From Candidatus Epulonipiscium sp. (GTDB taxonomy: Bacteria; Bacillota; Clostridia; Lachnospirales; JAAYNZ01): 64,000 bases of DNA. Below are positions 59,001-64,000 of the stretch, piece by piece. Position numbers and translations under genes: made by a program. Under the pieces are notes generated by a model. That model did not search any database. It was not told the origin of the DNA and was given only the letters and a program-made list of their open reading frames with translations. Within the stretch, counting starts at the first letter, position 1. Each line of letters begins with the position of its first letter. The stretch is from assembly GCA_012520595.1 (NCBI GenBank), contig JAAYNZ010000007.1:29540-93539 (forward strand), in the 5' to 3' direction.

Positions 59001-61019
59001 CTATACCAAGGTATTGACATCTAAAATCAATGCAACTTCTCCATCTCCTAAGATGGTAGCTCCTGCAATCATTTTTATATAACTTAAATACTGTCCTATT
59101 GATTTAATTACAATTTCCTGTTGTCCTAATAAGCCATCCACTACAAAACCTGCTTGTTTTTCACCTTTTCGGACAATAACAATGGTAAGAGTATTTTTTT
59201 CCTTTTCTTTTTCTGGCACATCTAATATAGCATGTAAACGCACAATAGGAATCACCGTATTTCTTAGAACAATCACTTCTTGTTTTTGTACTGATTTAAT
59301 TTCAGATATAGGAATATCTTCAATGGTTTGAATGGTATTAAGGGGAATCGCATATTTTTCATCCCCAACCTGTACCATAAGAGCTTGTATGATAGCCAAT
59401 GTTAAAGGTAATCGTACAATAAATTTACTACCTTTACCTAACTTTGTCTTTACTTCAATATCTCCACCTAGGGCTTCTATTTTTGTTTTTACTACGTCTA
59501 AGCCAACCCCTCTACCAGATACATCTGTAACCGTTGCTGCTGTACTAAAACTTGGTTGAAATAAAAGTTCTACCAACTCTTGTTCTGACATATTTTCTGC
59601 TGTTTCTGATGTAATGACTCCTTTTTCTAAGGCTTTTTGTTTAATAATCTTCGCATCAATACCTCGCCCATCATCTTCCACTTCAATAACTACATTATTC
59701 CCATCTTGGTATGCCCGTAAATAAACATGTCCACTTGCTGACTTTCCTTTTTTGATTCTGTCCTCTGTTGTCTCTAAACCATGGTCAGCAGCATTTCTTA
59801 ATAAATGAATCAACGGATCCCCTATTTCGTCGATAACCGTACGATCCAATTCTGTTTCTTCTCCTGACATTTCCAAATGGATTTCTTTTTCTAATTGCCT
59901 TGATAAATCGCGGATCATTCTAGGAAAACGATTAAAAACACGCTCCACAGGAACCATCCTTACTTTCATCACAGCATCATGTAAATTTGTAGTAATTCTT
60001 TCTAAGTACTCAATAGATTCATTAAAGTTTTGTTCTGCACGACGATCCACATCTTCTAAACTATTCTTGACAATAATTAACTCGCTAACTAAATTCATTA
60101 ATGTGTCAAGTCGTTCAATATCTACACGAACCGTTTTACCAGCTCGTGGTTTCACTCTATTTTCATGCTCTTCATTTTGGTCTACTTTAGTGAGAGATTG
60201 TGTGTTTTCTTGAGTGGATGCCTTTGGCTGTTCAGGATTCTTTAAATGAGTCTCTTCCCTAATTTCTGTAATTTTAACATCAACAATTTCTGCAATGGAT
60301 AGAATATCTTTTGTGAATTTTTCTTTTTCTTCTTGTGAAAGAATAACAACAGAAAATTCTAGATCAAATTTTTCATCTTCAATATCTTCTACTGCAGGAG
60401 TTGATTTAATAATTTCTCCATAGCGCTCTAAAGTTCGAAAAACAATAAAGGCCCTTGCTGACTTTAATACACAGCTCGCATTTAAATAAACCGTAATAGC
60501 ATAAGCTTGATATCCTTGCTGAAAGCCAGTTCGAATTGCATTTTGCTCATATTCTGATAAAGATAAAATAGCTTGTTCTTCTTTATTTACATTTTGCTCT
60601 TCTTTACTTGCTTTTTGCTCTTCCTCTTTTTGAGAATCTCCGGATAAAAATTGATTAAGTTTTTGAATTAATATTTCATAGGATTCCTTTCCTTCTGAAC
60701 CTGTATTAATAATTTCTTCTATGTAATTCTCCAATGCATCTAAACATTGAAATAACAAATCAATTAAGTTTCCATCGACTTGAATCTTTCCATTTCGAAT
60801 GGCTGATAGAGCATTTTCCATATCATGGGTTAATGTTTGCATTTTGGTAAATCCCATGGTCCCAGCCATTCCTTTTAATGTATGAGCCACCCGAAATACT
60901 TCATTTAATAACTCCATATTATGTGGTTCATTTTCTAGTTGTAACAAACATTCATTTAAACTTTGTAAATGTTCTTTCGACTCCTCAATAAAAATTTCTA
61001 AGTATTGACTCATATCCAT
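59001..61019 (-). CDS. cheA: chemotaxis histidine kinase CheA
   Basis: 672 aa. It has an HPt domain (AHTLKGMAGTMG), a dimerisation domain, an HATPase domain (DDGRGID, GRGVGLD) and a C-terminal CheW-like domain. Confidence 0.94.
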   Translation of the reverse strand: MDMSQYLEIFIEESKEHLQSLNECLLQLENEPHNMELLNEVFRVAHTLKGMAGTMGFTKMQTLTHDMENALSAIRNGKIQVDGNLIDLLFQCLDALENYIEEIINTGSEGKESYEILIQKLNQFLSGDSQKEEEQKASKEEQNVNKEEQAILSLSEYEQNAIRTGFQQGYQAYAITVYLNASCVLKSARAFIVFRTLERYGEIIKSTPAVEDIEDEKFDLEFSVVILSQEEKEKFTKDILSIAEIVDVKITEIREETHLKNPEQPKASTQENTQSLTKVDQNEEHENRVKPRAGKTVRVDIERLDTLMNLVSELIIVKNSLEDVDRRAEQNFNESIEYLERITTNLHDAVMKVRMVPVERVFNRFPRMIRDLSRQLEKEIHLEMSGEETELDRTVIDEIGDPLIHLLRNAADHGLETTEDRIKKGKSASGHVYLRAYQDGNNVVIEVEDDGRGIDAKIIKQKALEKGVITSETAENMSEQELVELLFQPSFSTAATVTDVSGRGVGLDVVKTKIEALGGDIEVKTKLGKGSKFIVRLPLTLAIIQALMVQVGDEKYAIPLNTIQTIEDIPISEIKSVQKQEVIVLRNTVIPIVRLHAILDVPEKEKEKNTLTIVIVRKGEKQAGFVVDGLLGQQEIVIKSIGQYLSYIKMIAGATILGDGEVALILDVNTLV

Positions 61020-61022
61020 ACC

Positions 61023-62105
61023 TTACACCCCCAACTGTTTTACTATTTTATCTGCAATTTCATCTAATGGAACAATTTCGTCGATAATACCTGCTTCTAC
61101 AGCTGCTTTAGGCATCCCATATACAACACAACTAGCTTCGTCCTGTGCAATAGTAAAAATATTTCTTTTTTGTTTTAAATGTGTCATACCTTTCGTTCCA
61201 TCTGATCCCATTCCTGTCATAATCACACCTACCATTTTTTTAATTCTTATATCCACTAAAGATCTCATCATTTCATCCACTGAAGGCCGATGTCCTCCTA
61301 CTGGTGGATTTTTTGAAAGATGAATAACATACTGATTGCTCACTTTGTGTTCTTCCACTTGCATATGATAATCTCCTGGAGCAATATAAGCCACTCCACG
61401 CTGTAGAATATCCCCTTCTTCTGCTTCCTTAACCCGAATCTGGCTTATTTGGTTCAAGCGTTCTGCTAAAGACTTGGTAAAACCTGCAGGCATATGTTGT
61501 ACAATTAAAAAACTAGCTTCTATTTCCTTAGGAATCAAAGGAATGACCTGTTGTAAAGCCCTTGGCCCTCCAGTAGATACTCCAATAGCTACGATTCCAT
61601 GTGTTTTTTTCCCTTCTAAAGGCATCAAACGTTGGTTTATTTGAGTATTTTTCTTAGGACCTTGCATTGACTGTAACCCCTTCAACCGCGCCGGCTGTAT
61701 AGTGGCAGCCATAAGTATCTTTTGTACAATTTCTTCTTTTACAGTCTTTTGATTCATCCTGAAAATATTGGTAGGTTTTGTAATAAAATCAACAGCTCCT
61801 AACTCCAATGCACGAATGGTTGTTTGTGCTCCTTCCATAGCCAAAGTACTAACAATAATAACAGGAACAGGATTGACTTTCATTAGCTGCTCTAACATCT
61901 CTAATCCATTCATAATAGGCATTTCAATATCTAACAAAACTACATCTGGCTGAAGTTCTTGAACTTTTTGAAGCCCTTCTTCTCCATTTTTAGCGATTCC
62001 AATGACTTTACATTGTGGCTCATTTTGTAGTAAATCACTAATGACTTTTCTCATGAATGCTGAATCATCTACAATAAGCACCCTTTTCACATTGAATCCT
62101 TTCAT
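61023..62105 (-). CDS. cheB: protein-glutamate methylesterase/deamidase CheB
   Basis: 360 aa. It has a receiver domain (VLIVDDSAFMR ... DIEMP) and a methylesterase domain (GVSTGGP, HMP, GMGSDG). Confidence 0.93.
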   Translation of the reverse strand: MKGFNVKRVLIVDDSAFMRKVISDLLQNEPQCKVIGIAKNGEEGLQKVQELQPDVVLLDIEMPIMNGLEMLEQLMKVNPVPVIIVSTLAMEGAQTTIRALELGAVDFITKPTNIFRMNQKTVKEEIVQKILMAATIQPARLKGLQSMQGPKKNTQINQRLMPLEGKKTHGIVAIGVSTGGPRALQQVIPLIPKEIEASFLIVQHMPAGFTKSLAERLNQISQIRVKEAEEGDILQRGVAYIAPGDYHMQVEEHKVSNQYVIHLSKNPPVGGHRPSVDEMMRSLVDIRIKKMVGVIMTGMGSDGTKGMTHLKQKRNIFTIAQDEASCVVYGMPKAAVEAGIIDEIVPLDEIADKIVKQLGV

Positions 62106-62755
62106 TGCAATCCCCTTTCCTTGCTCCTACGTTTTCTTTGTTCTAGAAAAATATATCGAATAATCATTTCTTGATCCTTGGGATCCAAATCAATAAACTG
62201 TACTCGATGTTCATAAGGATACTGGTCTGTACTGCTTCTTCTTTTGAATAAAACTTGCCCCTTTACAGTAAATAATTCTTTCGTAGGCATAGGGATCATA
62301 CAAGTAATTCTTTGTCCAAGGGCTACTTCTTTGTTCCCTATAAATCGAATACCGCCCCCACTAATATCCTTGATCACTCCTGTACCTATTTGTTCTCCAT
62401 TCTCCAATAAGTATTGAAAAGAGAGAATGCATTCCATACGATAGAAAGATCGACGCTGCACCTTTTTAAAAGGAGGATTTAGTTGTACGATCATAAAATG
62501 CAACCCATTTTTCTGATTTCGATTTATGATTTCCCCATTACACCCTATCACTCCTTTCGGTGTATAAAATACAAATTCATATCTTTCATGCAATCGCAAA
62601 GGCACAATAATTCCTTTTTGAATCGGTGCTAATATTTTAATATGAGTCTCATCGATAACTTCATCAACTTGACTAACATAAGGTCCTTGCTGTTCCTCTT
62701 CTTTGGATATATCAGGATAAAATTCTATTTTATTTCCTGTGGTTAAAATTGACAT
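62102..62755 (-). CDS. PilZ-domain flagellar brake-type c-di-GMP receptor (YcgR/MotI-like)
   Basis: 217 aa with an N-terminal YcgR-like domain. The PilZ signatures are both present: RxxxR (QRRSFYR) and DxSxxG (DISGGG). Confidence 0.8.
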   Translation of the reverse strand: MSILTTGNKIEFYPDISKEEEQQGPYVSQVDEVIDETHIKILAPIQKGIIVPLRLHERYEFVFYTPKGVIGCNGEIINRNQKNGLHFMIVQLNPPFKKVQRRSFYRMECILSFQYLLENGEQIGTGVIKDISGGGIRFIGNKEVALGQRITCMIPMPTKELFTVKGQVLFKRRSSTDQYPYEHRVQFIDLDPKDQEMIIRYIFLEQRKRRSKERGLQ

Positions 62756-62764
62756 AACATCCTC

Positions 62765-63658
62765 CTATATTGTTTCTCCAAATAAGTGGAAAATTTTTTT
62801 CATAAAACCTCCTAGCCCAGTAGGCTGTATTTTCTCTTCTTTTATATTTAACATTTTACAAGCTATGGAATAAAAAGCTTGGGCTGCTGAACTTTGTGGA
62901 TATGCAATGCACAAAGGCTTTTGTAATTTTACAGCTTGAATCATCTTTACATCATAAGGTATATAGCCCAAATTATGTATGGTTGTATTTAAAAACTTTT
63001 CAGAAGCACGTTGGATTTTCAAAAATACTTCTTCGCCTTCTTCTTGAGTATCAACTCGGTTAATAAGGAGTTGAATATTGGGAAATCGATCTTGTGATGA
63101 AACATTGTTTTTTAACGTTTTAATGAGAGCATAAGCGTCTGTAATCGAAGTGGGTTCTGGCGTAGTGACGACAATAGTATCATCAGAAGCTTGTATAAAT
63201 TGGATCACCGTTTGCGAAACACCTGCTCCTGTATCAATAAAAATAATGTCTGCTACTTGATCTAAAGGTTGGAGCTGAACAATACAATTCTGTAGCTCTA
63301 TAGGACTTAACTGAACCAAATCTTGTACCCCTGAGCCGCTGGAAATAAAATAAATACCAAAAGGTCCAGGTGTTAATATATCCATTAAGCTTTTCCCGCC
63401 AAAAAGCATATCTGATAAGGTATAGGAAGGAATAATGCCAAAAAGCACCTCTACATTGGACAATCCCAAATCAGCATCTAAGATTACAACTCTTTTTCCT
63501 TGTTTCGCTAACTCAAGAGCCATATTCATGGTTACATTTGTTTTCCCTACTCCACCTTTACCACTAGCCACCGTAATAATTTTAGCTTTCTTCATCATTG
63601 GTTTTTGATGTTGGTGATTCCCCACCATCATCCGAAGTCTTTCTGCTTGGTCCATCAA
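62765..63658 (-). CDS. flhG: MinD/ParA-type flagellar number regulator FlhG (YlxH)
   Basis: 297 aa with a deviant Walker A (SGKGGVGKT). It lies after flhF. Confidence 0.88.
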   Translation of the reverse strand: MMDQAERLRMMVGNHQHQKPMMKKAKIITVASGKGGVGKTNVTMNMALELAKQGKRVVILDADLGLSNVEVLFGIIPSYTLSDMLFGGKSLMDILTPGPFGIYFISSGSGVQDLVQLSPIELQNCIVQLQPLDQVADIIFIDTGAGVSQTVIQFIQASDDTIVVTTPEPTSITDAYALIKTLKNNVSSQDRFPNIQLLINRVDTQEEGEEVFLKIQRASEKFLNTTIHNLGYIPYDVKMIQAVKLQKPLCIAYPQSSAAQAFYSIACKMLNIKEEKIQPTGLGGFMKKIFHLFGETI

Positions 63659-64000
63659 TCTTCATAACTCCCTAATAATATTTTTGCAACTTTTTGAGGG
63701 CTTAGCAATTCAATATCTTCTGGAACATTTTGTCCAAAGGTAATATACGAAAAAGGTTGTGAAGTCAGCATGCGGATATTAAGGAGATTCCCCAAACACG
63801 TAGTTTCATCCATTTTTGTTAAAATAATATGAAAATCTGTTATCATCGAATACATCTGTAAAATTCGTTTTAAATCATTGTACTTCGTTGTTAAACTGAG
63901 AACTAAATACACCTTTTTATTTGACAATTGACTCAATAAAAGTGATAATTCTTGTAATTGTTGTTGATTTTTATGAGAGCGACCGGCTGTATCAATAAAA
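63655..64000 (-). CDS. flhF: flagellar biosynthesis SRP-type GTPase FlhF; C-terminal part only, because the 5' end lies beyond the window
   Basis: The reading frame is open to the window edge. Upstream of the track's internal TTG it reads FIDTAGRSHKNQQQLQEL (the G3 motif DTAGR), followed by LTKMDET. Confidence 0.85.
   Translation of the reverse strand, partial: FIDTAGRSHKNQQQLQELSLLLSQLSNKKVYLVLSLTTKYNDLKRILQMYSMITDFHIILTKMDETTCLGNLLNIRMLTSQPFSYITFGQNVPEDIELLSPQKVAKILLGSYED

Noticed and set aside
1-64000. I searched for CRISPR arrays, IS elements or transposases, phage integrases, toxin-antitoxin or defence genes, rRNA or tRNA genes, and long direct or inverted repeats.
   Set aside because: None was seen on reading. 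The only recombinase is the housekeeping xerD. The only repeat noted is the intragenic 81-bp duplication at 53608-53769. This visual scan cannot exclude short or degenerate repeats.

Overview
This 64 kb window looks like core chromosome of a low-GC, spore-forming, flagellated Firmicute, probably class Clostridia. I did not find a convincing novel system, mobile element, CRISPR array, defence island, rRNA or tRNA. I call 61 protein genes, and 60 of them are on the minus strand. The only plus-strand gene is a 55-codon DUF1540 ORF that the ORF track missed. Reading the minus strand from 64000 down to 1, the gene order closely follows the Bacillus subtilis map. It starts with the distal fla/che operon: flhF (partial), flhG, a PilZ gene, cheB, cheA, cheW, cheC, cheD, a small membrane protein, sigD, FapA/DUF342 and three small unknowns. 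Next come rpsB-tsf-pyrH-frr-uppS-cdsA-dxr-rseP-ispG-polC. Then rimP-nusA-ylxR-ylxQ-infB-rbfA-nrnA-truB-ribF, followed by rpsO and pnp. Then an M16 peptidase, dpaA-dpaB, dapG, tepA-ylzJ and uppP-ftsK-fhs-folD-rimO-pgsA. Then a small unknown, cinA-recA-recX, rny and spoVS. The last stretch holds aspB, proC, spoIIM, xerD-deoB, two DD-carboxypeptidases, an M50 peptidase, scpA-scpB, rluB and a truncated methyltransferase. The least understood part is the set of uncharacterised genes around sigD at 53362-57394. The other observations are regulatory. They include sigma-H, sigma-E and sigma-K type promoter matches in front of spoVS, spoIIM and dpaAB, and a LexA box at recA. They also include structured leaders in front of rimP-nusA, rpsO and rpsB, and a promoter-then-terminator arrangement in front of uppP. 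Several ORF-track starts appear to be over-extended and are corrected below. All calls rest on reading the translations and motifs by eye. No database search was run.
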